Of a DNA stretch of 64,000 bases, positions 7,959 to 17,047 are shown one piece after another. The stretch is from IMG/VR virus record IMGVR_UViG_3300013123_000002; one strand, 5' to 3'. The notes beneath the pieces are model-generated. The model did not search any database. It was not told the DNA's origin and saw nothing but the letters and a program-made list of their open reading frames with translations. How positions within the stretch are numbered: position 1 is the first letter of the stretch; each line of letters starts with the position of its first letter. This stretch comes from an uncultured virus (IMG/VR IMGVR_UViG_3300013123_000002). Lineage: Duplodnaviria; Heunggongvirae; Uroviricota; Caudoviricetes. The position numbers and the translations under genes were made by a program.

Positions 7959-9941
7959 TTATGAGTTTGCTCTGCGTTTGAGAGACTCAATGTACGAGTT
8001 AGAATATCCTCGTACGCTTTCGTTTACTGCTTGTAACGAGATGAAACCCTCTTTACCTTGGTTTTCGTTAACTGAGTTATCTATACTTGCACTTTGTGCA
8101 ATTCTTTCGTGAATTCCTCTGAGATCGCGAGAATCCCAGAACGCTTTAGCTTGGTAAGGCGTGTTGATGTGAACTGTAGAAGCTTGAGCAGCGATCCAAT
8201 TTTTCTCGTTGTCATTCATCTGTTCGTAAACAGCCTTGTACTTATCCGGCATGAACCTGATGTAGATAGGTGTATTTTCTTCCTGCTTGTTCATGACAGC
8301 TTCTATGATGCCAATGACATCACCTTCGTTGAAGAACACCGCTCCACGTAGAGTTTCAACGACTGCTGTTTTGATTTCCGGGTCAAGCGCGTAAAATTTC
8401 TTTTTGTTTTCCTCGGTGAGGAGTTTCAGGAACGGGTACTTATTTTCAAGGACTGCGTTAGCCGTGTTTGACTTGATGTTTGAAAGTATTCCATCTACCG
8501 CTGAGACTAGATCATCGACTGGGGAAGCTTCGTTAACTGAGTGATCGACACTCTCGTTGAGAGCAGCTACATCAGATAGAAGCTTGCGAGTCTTAGCCAT
8601 TGCTCCGGCTCCAACCTTCTGGTTCATCGTTTCAGCGATGTATTCCGTGTACGCGATACCTTTCTTAATGTTACCGCCCAGGTACTCAGCGTACTTAATG
8701 GCTTCGTTGATGTTCTGTGCCAAGTAATTCGAGAAGTTCAGACCTTGCGATGCTTTTTCAGCAACGTACTCGGTGTACTGAATTCCCTTATCCAGCTGTT
8801 CAGCTAGGTAGTTTCCGAACTTGATGCTCTTTTCCGTCATCTCGCCAACGTACTCGGTGTAGTTGAGACCCTGGTTCAGCTTTTCGCTCAAGTAGTTTGA
8901 GAAGGCGATATTCTGTTCCGTCATGCCTGCCAAGTAGTCTGAGTAATCGATCACGTTGTTTACCTTTTCGGCAACGTGCTCGGTGTAACCTATTCCCTTG
9001 TTAAGCATGGTGGCCAGGTAGTTGGTAAACTCGACGATCTGTTCCATTTCACCAGCTAAGTAGTTGGTGAACTGAATGAGCTTCTCCGTCACTGGGTCCT
9101 GATCGGCCTTTTCACCAAGAGCTAGTAAATCAGTGTTGTTCTGGTTGATTTTTTCCTGAAGAGTCTGAAACCTTTTCTTAACAACCTGTGAGTACTGATT
9201 CATTTCCTCTTTTGTTACAAAGTCATTAGCCATTTGCTTTTCGTTATTTTGTGGAGTCTGAATGTTTGGATTATTTATTTTGTAAACCCGCACAGAATTC
9301 TCGAAATCGAAGCTTTCTGAGATGTCCACAAGCGAATTTGTGATGGAATTCGCCTTCAGGGTGCTCAGTGATTCGAAAAGCATTGTGTAATTTCCTTGCA
9401 GGTTCTCAGCTACCTGTGATAAGGTAGCTTCGTTGAAACCAGGTTCAGCCACCAGGTCGTACGTGAATATCTTATGAAGCTTGACTTTGCCACTTTCCAG
9501 GACTTGACCAGCTGCTCTTGAGGAGCTGGAAATCGTGCATCCTGCTTCCACTAGGGTCTTAGCTATCCTACCGCTCGGTGTGTCTAGAACTCTTAGTCGG
9601 ATCTTAACGCTGTTAGAAGGTTCGTCGTAAGTTAGGGATTCGATTGTGTGGGAGACGTTCTTTAGAGAAACGTCGAAGCTTTGAGGATGGTCTAACTCGC
9701 CGAAAAGCTGTCCCTTCTTGATCTTTTCCATGAGGTAACTCAGGTGAGGAAGGTACTCTTGCTTTTCGTACACTCGGTGATTGTCATTCATCTTTCCGAA
9801 GACCGCGCAGGTCCCTTCCAGTATGATGTCACCGTTGGCGTTTTTAGAAACACCTAAAGGCTGGTTCGCTCTCTCCAAAATGAGGACTACGTCCTGCTGG
9901 AGAAGTGCCGGGTCTTTAAGTCCGATCTGTGTACTAGTCAA
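7959..9941 (-). CDS. prohead protease (gp21-like) fused to a scaffold/core domain
   Basis: N-x-N-x-RVY, GELDHP, VSH, TPSG, SSRAAG and YDLVAEPGF protease motifs, then about 11 14-aa helical repeats. Probable TTG start at 9941 after the late promoter at 9962-9968. Confidence 0.88.
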   Translation of the reverse strand: MTSTQIGLKDPALLQQDVVLILERANQPLGVSKNANGDIILEGTCAVFGKMNDNHRVYEKQEYLPHLSYLMEKIKKGQLFGELDHPQSFDVSLKNVSHTIESLTYDEPSNSVKIRLRVLDTPSGRIAKTLVEAGCTISSSSRAAGQVLESGKVKLHKIFTYDLVAEPGFNEATLSQVAENLQGNYTMLFESLSTLKANSITNSLVDISESFDFENSVRVYKINNPNIQTPQNNEKQMANDFVTKEEMNQYSQVVKKRFQTLQEKINQNNTDLLALGEKADQDPVTEKLIQFTNYLAGEMEQIVEFTNYLATMLNKGIGYTEHVAEKVNNVIDYSDYLAGMTEQNIAFSNYLSEKLNQGLNYTEYVGEMTEKSIKFGNYLAEQLDKGIQYTEYVAEKASQGLNFSNYLAQNINEAIKYAEYLGGNIKKGIAYTEYIAETMNQKVGAGAMAKTRKLLSDVAALNESVDHSVNEASPVDDLVSAVDGILSNIKSNTANAVLENKYPFLKLLTEENKKKFYALDPEIKTAVVETLRGAVFFNEGDVIGIIEAVMNKQEENTPIYIRFMPDKYKAVYEQMNDNEKNWIAAQASTVHINTPYQAKAFWDSRDLRGIHERIAQSASIDNSVNENQGKEGFISLQAVNESVRGYSNSYIESLKRRANS

Positions 9942-10007
9942 CTTCGTTGAGACTTTTTTGATATTTATTAGCGAGCCTCGTATCAAAATACGGGCCCTCA
10001 GCTAACT

Positions 10008-10919
10008 TTATTTATCAAGGTCTCTAAGTAATTCTTTAAGAAGGGCTAGTTTTTCTTCACTAAGTTTGGAAATGTCAGGTCTGGTGACGTTCAGCCTGAA
10101 TATGTAGGATCCTCGCTTTCCCATAGCGGAAACGAGACCCTGCTCCGGAATTCTAACCTGAATGTTAGAGAGAGCAGGAGAGTTGATAGTCTTTATCTTG
10201 TACTTTTTGCCGAACGGGTTCTCTAGGACGAGTTCCTCGGTGAACAGGACGTCGTACACCGAAACGTCAACCGTCTGAACTAGGTCAGAAGTCTCGGTTA
10301 TCTCGAGCCCTTCCATGTCTATGATGATCCTGATGAATAGGTCGCCGGTCGCTATTCCGTGCTGACGCCTCTTGAAAACATCGTCAAACCCGTCGATTTC
10401 CTGGCTGGAACCTCCCCCGCGCACGCGCACGACTATTCCTATATTATCGCCTATCATGGCTAACGGGTAACCGCGTTCAGACATGTTGACAAAGTACTTA
10501 ATGCTCTTTTCCTCAACTTTGGAGGTGGCTAAGCTCGCTTTGGAGATTGAGTAGGTTACTGTGTCCTCGATTCCGTTCATGAGATCAGAGAGCTTGAAGT
10601 GCCGGTCAACGTGAATGTTCAGGTACTCAAGGTTCATCATCGAGAACGCGACGTTCCTGAACTGGCTGAAGTAATCTGAGTACGGGTCTCCGACAGGAGG
10701 CACGCGTTCCTTTGCGGAACCGGTCGTGTCGTAAAGCTGACGTTTTTTCGGATCGCTGAGAACCGAGTAAGCTTCGTTGATCTTTTTGAACTGCTCCTCA
10801 CCCTTCGGATTCTTGTCAGGGTGATACTCTTTTGAAAGCTTTCTGAAAGCTTTCTTTATATCGTGCTGATTAGCGTCCTTTTTTACTCCAAGTACCGAAT
10901 AATAAGTTTCCTCGGCCAA
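10008..10919 (-). CDS. dnaJ: DnaJ/CbpA-like co-chaperone
   Basis: J-domain YYSVLGV...YHPDKNP...[10 protein letters not shown] and a C-terminal GDLFI region; no CxxCxGxG zinc repeats. Confidence 0.9.
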   Translation of the reverse strand: MAEETYYSVLGVKKDANQHDIKKAFRKLSKEYHPDKNPKGEEQFKKINEAYSVLSDPKKRQLYDTTGSAKERVPPVGDPYSDYFSQFRNVAFSMMNLEYLNIHVDRHFKLSDLMNGIEDTVTYSISKASLATSKVEEKSIKYFVNMSERGYPLAMIGDNIGIVVRVRGGGSSQEIDGFDDVFKRRQHGIATGDLFIRIIIDMEGLEITETSDLVQTVDVSVYDVLFTEELVLENPFGKKYKIKTINSPALSNIQVRIPEQGLVSAMGKRGSYIFRLNVTRPDISKLSEEKLALLKELLRDLDK

Positions 10920-10997
10920 ATCTATCTCCGTTTTTCGAGTATATTACTAAAAATGTGCTTCAAGTTTACTTGAATTAAATAAAAGAAAAGCCAGTAA

Positions 10998-12455
10998 ATG
11001 CTAAAGGTTTTCACTTATTACGATGATTCGGCAAAAAATTTCTTTGCCAAATCAATCAGGTCAATTGCTTCAGTGCTTGGAGGGGAAAACCTTGAGCTGG
11101 TGATAATGACTAGGGGAAGAATGCCGCGTAGAGAGTTAGAACTGGTCGATAAATTCTTTGCCATTGTTTCCTTAATCGAAGTTAACATTCACCGGTCTCC
11201 AACCGGAACAAGTGTGGTAGAAGAGAATCCATACTTCGTTGAGTTTTTGTTAACTTATCATGAGCACGATCGACTCTACGTTGATCCTAGAATGTTCTTA
11301 ATAAACTCATTTGTCTTACCGGAAAATTCCGGATTATTTTTTAGGCAACACCAAGGAAATCTTTCTACTAAATTGTGTTACGTTAAAGCAGGAGATCAGT
11401 TCAACTTAGCTTTTTCGTCGGTCAGACGATCATCCGTTTCTTCGATAACTGAGGTTGAATTTTCGTACGTGGTAAAGAATAATTTTTTGATTCCAAAGAT
11501 CGTTAGTTCTAAGCAGATAGTCAGCGGAAAGCTCCTTAACGATTCCAACCTTTCTGCTCTTCAGACAGATAGCGTCATCGCTATTGACACGACCAGCATG
11601 GAAGAACACACATCAAAAAGAGCTCACGCAATGATCAACGATTACAGCAGAAAGCAGACTCTTATCACTCTCAGCTCATTAAAGAAAAAGAAATACCCGA
11701 AATTTTCAGATTCTCTGTTTCAAACTACAACTACAACGACTGAAAATCCAATTAAAAAGACTTTCAGCATAGTGGTAACTGCATACAAGACTGCTGATTA
11801 CATTGAGGAGTGTTTAGATTCGATAGAGAGCCAATCTTACTTCAAAGGGTACGATGATTTTGAAGTTATCGTCGGAGTTGATGGGTGCCAGGAAACTTTA
11901 AGTAAGCTACTAGAGATAAAGAAAAAGTACCGAAATTTATCAGTGTACATGATGCTTGAGAATTCAGGAACGTACATTACGACGAACACGCTAATCTCCC
12001 AAGCAACTAAAGAATACATAATTAGGTTCGATTCAGACGATGTCATGCGCGAATTTTTGGTAAAGCAAGTGGCAGATAATTTGAACAGTGAAGTTCTTAG
12101 ACTTTCGTACAATAACTTTAGGACAGGCGGTGCGGTTGAAGCTAAGATAAATGTTGCGCACGGAATCATGTGCATAAAGAAACAAGTACTTGATGAGGTC
12201 GCTGGTGGGTACCAAGCATGGAAGTGCGGAGCGGACACAGAGTTCATCCAAAGAGTCAGCTGGCTAGCTTCGGTTTCTGTGCTAAAAGATTCGGTTTTCT
12301 ACCGTAGACTTCACCAACAGAGCTTAACCCTAAACCCGAACACTGATTTCGAATCAGAGCTTCGTAAAAGCTACAAAAAAATGATAAAACCTCACTACCA
12401 ACCGGAGGAGGTTTTTATTCCTAGGATCACTGGAAAATACGAAAAAATAGACTAA
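10998..12455 (+). CDS. glycosyltransferase with a C-terminal GT2 domain
   Basis: FSIVVTAY...YIEECLDSI...EVIVGVDG...RFDSDD...GADTEF. Confidence 0.85.
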   Translation: MLKVFTYYDDSAKNFFAKSIRSIASVLGGENLELVIMTRGRMPRRELELVDKFFAIVSLIEVNIHRSPTGTSVVEENPYFVEFLLTYHEHDRLYVDPRMFLINSFVLPENSGLFFRQHQGNLSTKLCYVKAGDQFNLAFSSVRRSSVSSITEVEFSYVVKNNFLIPKIVSSKQIVSGKLLNDSNLSALQTDSVIAIDTTSMEEHTSKRAHAMINDYSRKQTLITLSSLKKKKYPKFSDSLFQTTTTTTENPIKKTFSIVVTAYKTADYIEECLDSIESQSYFKGYDDFEVIVGVDGCQETLSKLLEIKKKYRNLSVYMMLENSGTYITTNTLISQATKEYIIRFDSDDVMREFLVKQVADNLNSEVLRLSYNNFRTGGAVEAKINVAHGIMCIKKQVLDEVAGGYQAWKCGADTEFIQRVSWLASVSVLKDSVFYRRLHQQSLTLNPNTDFESELRKSYKKMIKPHYQPEEVFIPRITGKYEKID

Positions 12456-13688
12456 ATGAAAAAGTACAAGCACATCATCATTTCTAGAGTAGCCATGAAA
12501 TGGTACGACGAAAATGGAGAGCTCATCTGCAAATCCAAGTTGGGTTTAGAGTGGGAAAAATGGTTAAAGAATAGCATAAGCCTGTACGACACGTACTGTC
12601 GACCTTCTCTGAAAAATCAGAGCAATAAAAACTTTATTCTTTTGACCATTGTCGACGAAAGTGTGACAGAGGTTGGACCAGTTTTGCCAAACGAGCATGT
12701 CATTAGGATCAGCCAGGTTTCTGAGTTGGGTTCGGCTATCGAAAAATTCATAACTGAAAACGTTGAGGAAAGAATTTACCTTCTTTCTAGATTGGATCGA
12801 GACGATTGTTATTCTAGAGATTTTGTAGACACTCTTCAGAAAAAAGCAAATGAGTACTTGGGTAAAGCTGAAGAACTCTCTAATTTTTACTTTGACGTGG
12901 ATCATTACAGTATGTACGATCCAGTTAGCAACATTTTTACTACTGCCAAGTACGGTGATAGAACTTCTCCATTTACGTCCATTCTGACCGATTCTCCAGG
13001 AATTGGCATTTACTCTGGGCATGGTCGGATAAAAGAAAAGATGATCGGAACAAAAGTTTCGAATTTAGAAGTTCTACAAATCATTCATGGCGAAAATATT
13101 TCTAACCGGGTGCGCGGTGTGGCTATTCCAAAAATTTCGATCAACCGAAAGCTTTTGGAGTACGGAATAAAAAAGACGCCAGGTTTTGCTATCGATTCTA
13201 AACTTTACGGATGGGTATTTCGCAACATTTTACCTGGTGCTACCATCTTAGAATTAGGAAGTGGTTACGGAACCATCGATCTGGCTAAAAGGTACAAGAT
13301 GATAAGCATAGAGAATGACCCAGAGTGGATGAATCTAACAGATAAGTCAACGTACATATACGCTCCATTAAACGGTCAATGGTACGATCGAGCAGTCCTT
13401 GAAAAATCTTTGCTTAGTTTAACGTACGATGTCATATTGGTCGATGGCCCATGGATCGGAAAGGGAAACCGAACTGGTTTTTCGGAAAATTTGGACCTGT
13501 TCAACACAGACGTGACCATTATCTTTGACGATACTCACCGAGCTGACGAGTTGGCTATGTGCAAAGCTGTGTCAGAAAAACTCGGAGTTCCGTATCAAAC
13601 TTTCCCAGGAATAAAGAAAAGGTTCAGCGTCATTAAAAATAAGAAAAAACTCGATGAAGCTAGCGATAGTAACGCCAACGTACTTTAA
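12456..13688 (+). CDS. GT-A (rhamnosyltransferase-like) plus SAM-dependent methyltransferase fusion
   Basis: N-terminal PSLKNQSNKNF...RLDRDD; C-terminal ILELGSGYGT...SIEND...ILVDGP...IIFDD. Confidence 0.78.
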   Translation: MKKYKHIIISRVAMKWYDENGELICKSKLGLEWEKWLKNSISLYDTYCRPSLKNQSNKNFILLTIVDESVTEVGPVLPNEHVIRISQVSELGSAIEKFITENVEERIYLLSRLDRDDCYSRDFVDTLQKKANEYLGKAEELSNFYFDVDHYSMYDPVSNIFTTAKYGDRTSPFTSILTDSPGIGIYSGHGRIKEKMIGTKVSNLEVLQIIHGENISNRVRGVAIPKISINRKLLEYGIKKTPGFAIDSKLYGWVFRNILPGATILELGSGYGTIDLAKRYKMISIENDPEWMNLTDKSTYIYAPLNGQWYDRAVLEKSLLSLTYDVILVDGPWIGKGNRTGFSENLDLFNTDVTIIFDDTHRADELAMCKAVSEKLGVPYQTFPGIKKRFSVIKNKKKLDEASDSNANVL

Positions 13689-14355
13689 ACTAGATGGGTC
13701 AACTGCTACCCACTTAAAATTAGCGCTGGAGTCTGTTAAGAACCAAACTCACCAAGACTACAAACTTTTTTTGATAGGAGACGATTATTCCAAATCAGAC
13801 GAGTTGTTTGAGTTAGCTGAGATAGTTGATACCAGCAAAATTTACGTGGAAAACCTCCCAGCCGCGGGTGAACGTATCAAGTACTCAGGAATGGACCTTT
13901 GGCGAACCGGCGGAGTAAACGCGTCTAACGTTGGGATCAGAAAAGCGCTAAACGAAGGGTACGATTACGTTTGCCACCTAGATCACGATGATATGTTTTT
14001 GGAAAATCACCTTAAGGAAATTTCCGATTGCATAGAAGCTACGGGGACTAATTTTGTTTCGACTAAGTGCGGAGCTTACCCACCGATTGAAACGGACAAA
14101 CTTTACACCGAGTATCGGCCTGAAACCAATCGACTGTTCAAAGTTTCAACTTGCGTAAATTACAGGCACTTTGGAATGTTTTTCAGAAACATGATAGAGG
14201 AAACGGGAAAATCTTACGCAGCTGACGCTGATATGTGGAACCGAATCAAAAAGTTCATGGAAGATCGAGGAGAATACGGCATATTTGTTAACGTTATCAC
14301 AGCCAAGAGAAACGGCGGAGGAACAACGTATCGCCGACCTGAAATAGTAAAGTAA
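13654..14355 (+). CDS. GT2 glycosyltransferase
   Basis: IVTPTY, ALESVKNQT, IGDD, HLDHDD and ADADMW motifs. Confidence 0.88.
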   Translation: MKLAIVTPTYFKLDGSTATHLKLALESVKNQTHQDYKLFLIGDDYSKSDELFELAEIVDTSKIYVENLPAAGERIKYSGMDLWRTGGVNASNVGIRKALNEGYDYVCHLDHDDMFLENHLKEISDCIEATGTNFVSTKCGAYPPIETDKLYTEYRPETNRLFKVSTCVNYRHFGMFFRNMIEETGKSYAADADMWNRIKKFMEDRGEYGIFVNVITAKRNGGGTTYRRPEIVK

Positions 14356-14356
14356 C

Positions 14357-15109
14357 ATGAAAGATCATATCTGTGTAGTTTTAACGTACTTGCATCCAGA
14401 CATCATTAAAAAATCGTTCGATTCCATCAAAAATGCCGATTGCGATTTTTTTATCATTGAAAATAAAAGCGAAAAGTCAGATCAAATTGCAGAGTATTTT
14501 TTGCAGACTGATCTAACCGGCTATGTGCAATTCGAAGATAATATCTCCAACCAAGCGATAGACATCTTCATTCACGATTTTTCGTGGTTGCTAGAGAAGT
14601 ACAAATACATCACGATAACGGACGGCGACCTTTACGTTTACGATGTGAAATCAATGTTTTCCGAGATACTCGAAAATTTGGAACAACCAGATGCAATAGT
14701 TTCTTCTGCTTCTCTTTACCGTGGAAATTACTATCTGAGAGCAGACCGAGTAATTGGAACTGAACAGTACGATGAACTTTCTAAAAAATCGTTAGTAATC
14801 CCTGGTCCAGTTTTTACAAATACTGCTAACAATTTCGTAACGATTAAGAGAGAGAACCTCGATCTTATCCAAGGAATTCATTACCAGGACACAACTGTCA
14901 GCGGTTTGGTTTATGCTAAGAATAAGAAATGGGTAGCGACTCGAAAGCACTTAGCGTATCACTTAACTTGGGATCTTTACGTGGAAGACAATCCTTACTA
15001 TGAGTGGAAAAAGCAAGTACTTCCCAGTATTTGGAAGGTTAATCCATCTGCTAATGTTGAGTACAAAAAATTGATTAAAAGATACGAAGATGAACACAGA
15101 AACAGTTAG
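14357..15109 (+). CDS. putative GT-A fold glycosyltransferase
   Basis: IIENKS, ITDGD (DxD) and AYHLTW; inside the GT cluster. Confidence 0.65.
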   Translation: MKDHICVVLTYLHPDIIKKSFDSIKNADCDFFIIENKSEKSDQIAEYFLQTDLTGYVQFEDNISNQAIDIFIHDFSWLLEKYKYITITDGDLYVYDVKSMFSEILENLEQPDAIVSSASLYRGNYYLRADRVIGTEQYDELSKKSLVIPGPVFTNTANNFVTIKRENLDLIQGIHYQDTTVSGLVYAKNKKWVATRKHLAYHLTWDLYVEDNPYYEWKKQVLPSIWKVNPSANVEYKKLIKRYEDEHRNS

Positions 15110-15398
15110 CAAGATACTCCAGTACGTGACCGACGAGTTTGTGGAAGTCGGAAACAGGAAAACTCACGAATCCTCGTGCATGTTCCCTTGGGAATCGTGC
15201 TCTTGCCGGGATCGCGAAGCGATATCGATCGACACTCCTCTGGTAAGCGGGGGTTACGTTGATTCATTTTCGATGGTGTCCATCGTGGTCTTCCTAGAAA
15301 AGGAATTCAACGTTGCCGTTCCGGAATCGGAGGTCACTCCGGCCAACTTCAATTCGGTTCAAAAAATCGCCGACCTGGTAGAGAAGCTAAAGAAATGA
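15090..15398 (+). CDS. acyl/aminoacyl carrier protein (DltC-like)
   Basis: L-x-x-GG-x-VDSFSMV phosphopantetheine site, LEKEFNV and NFNSVQKIADLV. Confidence 0.85.
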   Translation: MNTETVSKILQYVTDEFVEVGNRKTHESSCMFPWESCSCRDREAISIDTPLVSGGYVDSFSMVSIVVFLEKEFNVAVPESEVTPANFNSVQKIADLVEKLKK

Positions 15399-16225
15399 AA
15401 CTGGCAGCAGGCTACATAGTGTTCGATGGGTTAGAGACTCTGGAGCATTCGATACGATCGATTCGACCGAGCGTCGACCTAGTGATCGTTTCCTACCAGA
15501 GAATCTCTTGGGGTGGCACCAAAGCTTCACCAGACCTCATACCGACACTCGAATCACTAAGAAATTCGGGACTCATAGACAAACTCATCGAGTTCACGAT
15601 GTTCAGACCAACTTCCCTAAGGTCTGCTGCGGAAGCGATGAACGCTAAGAAGTTCGAACTTAACAAGAGGCAAGGCTGCTTGGAAGTTGCCAAGCTAGAG
15701 GGTTGCACGCACTACCTGTCGATGGACGCTGACGAGTTTTACAGAGCAGAGGAGTTCGCAAGGGCTAAGGAAAAGATAGAAGCTGACGGGTTGGACGCTA
15801 CCGCCGTGCACTACATCAATTACGTGACTCCGACACTTCACCGAGGTTACTCAAGGTGGAAAGTTCCATTCATCTACCGCATCACTGCAAATTCAAGGCA
15901 CCACGTTCTCCAGACTCACTTTTCTGGGATAGACCCAACTCGTGGGATGATTGACGATTCATACAGGAAAACTCTCGTCTTTGAGAAGGAATTCATCACG
16001 ATGCACCACATGGAAATGGTAAGAAAGGACCTTTTGGGAAAGTACGTTGCTTCTAGCAGGTTTTTTCCGAACAGAAACCTTCTTCCAGAACTGGAAAAGG
16101 ACGTCTTAAAGTCTGTGGAAACCGGTTCCTTAAAGTTCACAAAAGCTCACTTGGGTGATACTAACGACCCTAGGGAAGAGCAGAAACTCTTCCAGTGCGA
16201 AAACGAATTCAGTATAATTTATTAG
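15395..16225 (+). CDS. putative GT-A fold glycosyltransferase
   Basis: LSMDADEFY (DxD) and MHHM motifs; ATGA-coupled to the carrier protein gene. Confidence 0.72.
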   Translation: MKLAAGYIVFDGLETLEHSIRSIRPSVDLVIVSYQRISWGGTKASPDLIPTLESLRNSGLIDKLIEFTMFRPTSLRSAAEAMNAKKFELNKRQGCLEVAKLEGCTHYLSMDADEFYRAEEFARAKEKIEADGLDATAVHYINYVTPTLHRGYSRWKVPFIYRITANSRHHVLQTHFSGIDPTRGMIDDSYRKTLVFEKEFITMHHMEMVRKDLLGKYVASSRFFPNRNLLPELEKDVLKSVETGSLKFTKAHLGDTNDPREEQKLFQCENEFSIIY

Positions 16226-17028
16226 TAAGCTCCGATAGTAACGGACCGTGAAAGGACCATGGGCTTTGCTGCTTCTACCGCAGCTGACACTGCTCCTGCG
16301 GTCGAAGGCATCTTTGCGTCTACCGCAGCTGCTATTGTCTTGAGCAGAGCCATCAGAGGTTCTCCGAGAACCGCGCTGTGTTGTATGGTGCTGTGACCTA
16401 CGACCGTGTTGACACCGTCAAGGTGAACGGTCTTTGCTGACACGGTAGCCTTAGAACCGGTAGTCACGTTGACTTCGGAATCAGAGACTATTCTTATCAC
16501 GTTACCTTCCATTGATATGGACGATAAGTTGTCCTTGTGCTCAATGAGAACGTTTGACGTTTCGTTGTCTATCCTTACGAAAGATTTTTTCAACTCTATC
16601 TGCAAGCCGATCTGCTTGTCGAACCAGACTTTTATTTCCTCGTCACCGTCGAACAGGACGAAGTGAGCTCCCTCGTACTTGGAACCTCCCTTTCTAAGCT
16701 GTTCCTTGATGTCGTCTCCCAGCTCTTGGATCTGAATGTACTCGGGCGTGTAAATGTCTCCGGTTGCGAACCTAACTTTTACGATAGCTCCAACCTTCGG
16801 TATGGAAATCGATCCGGCCTTTGCGTCCTGTCCGAAGAACATAGGTTTTGCTGCCGGAACTGCCCAAGGTATGTCCTCTGTAGGCAGGTCATCGAACACG
16901 GAGAACACTCTGATCCTGCACCTACCCTCGTAGTTTGGGTCGTCGATGTCCTCCACCACACCCATGTAAGTCGATACGAAAGTTTCCTCGCCAGGTATTC
17001 CAGCTATGCCTTCTTCGCTGTGTCTCAT
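16222..17028 (-). CDS. baseplate central spike (gp5/VgrG-type OB-fold plus beta-helix)
   Basis: GVVEDIDDP-x-x-x-GRCRIRV...IPWA...IPKVG OB-fold signature. Confidence 0.88.
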   Translation of the reverse strand: MRHSEEGIAGIPGEETFVSTYMGVVEDIDDPNYEGRCRIRVFSVFDDLPTEDIPWAVPAAKPMFFGQDAKAGSISIPKVGAIVKVRFATGDIYTPEYIQIQELGDDIKEQLRKGGSKYEGAHFVLFDGDEEIKVWFDKQIGLQIELKKSFVRIDNETSNVLIEHKDNLSSISMEGNVIRIVSDSEVNVTTGSKATVSAKTVHLDGVNTVVGHSTIQHSAVLGEPLMALLKTIAAAVDAKMPSTAGAVSAAVEAAKPMVLSRSVTIGAY

Positions 17029-17047
17029 GCTGTTCTTCTACTAAATT

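Noticed and set aside
11723..11742. ACTACA microsatellite encoding a Thr run
   Set aside because: Short, in-frame linker with no sign of phase variation.
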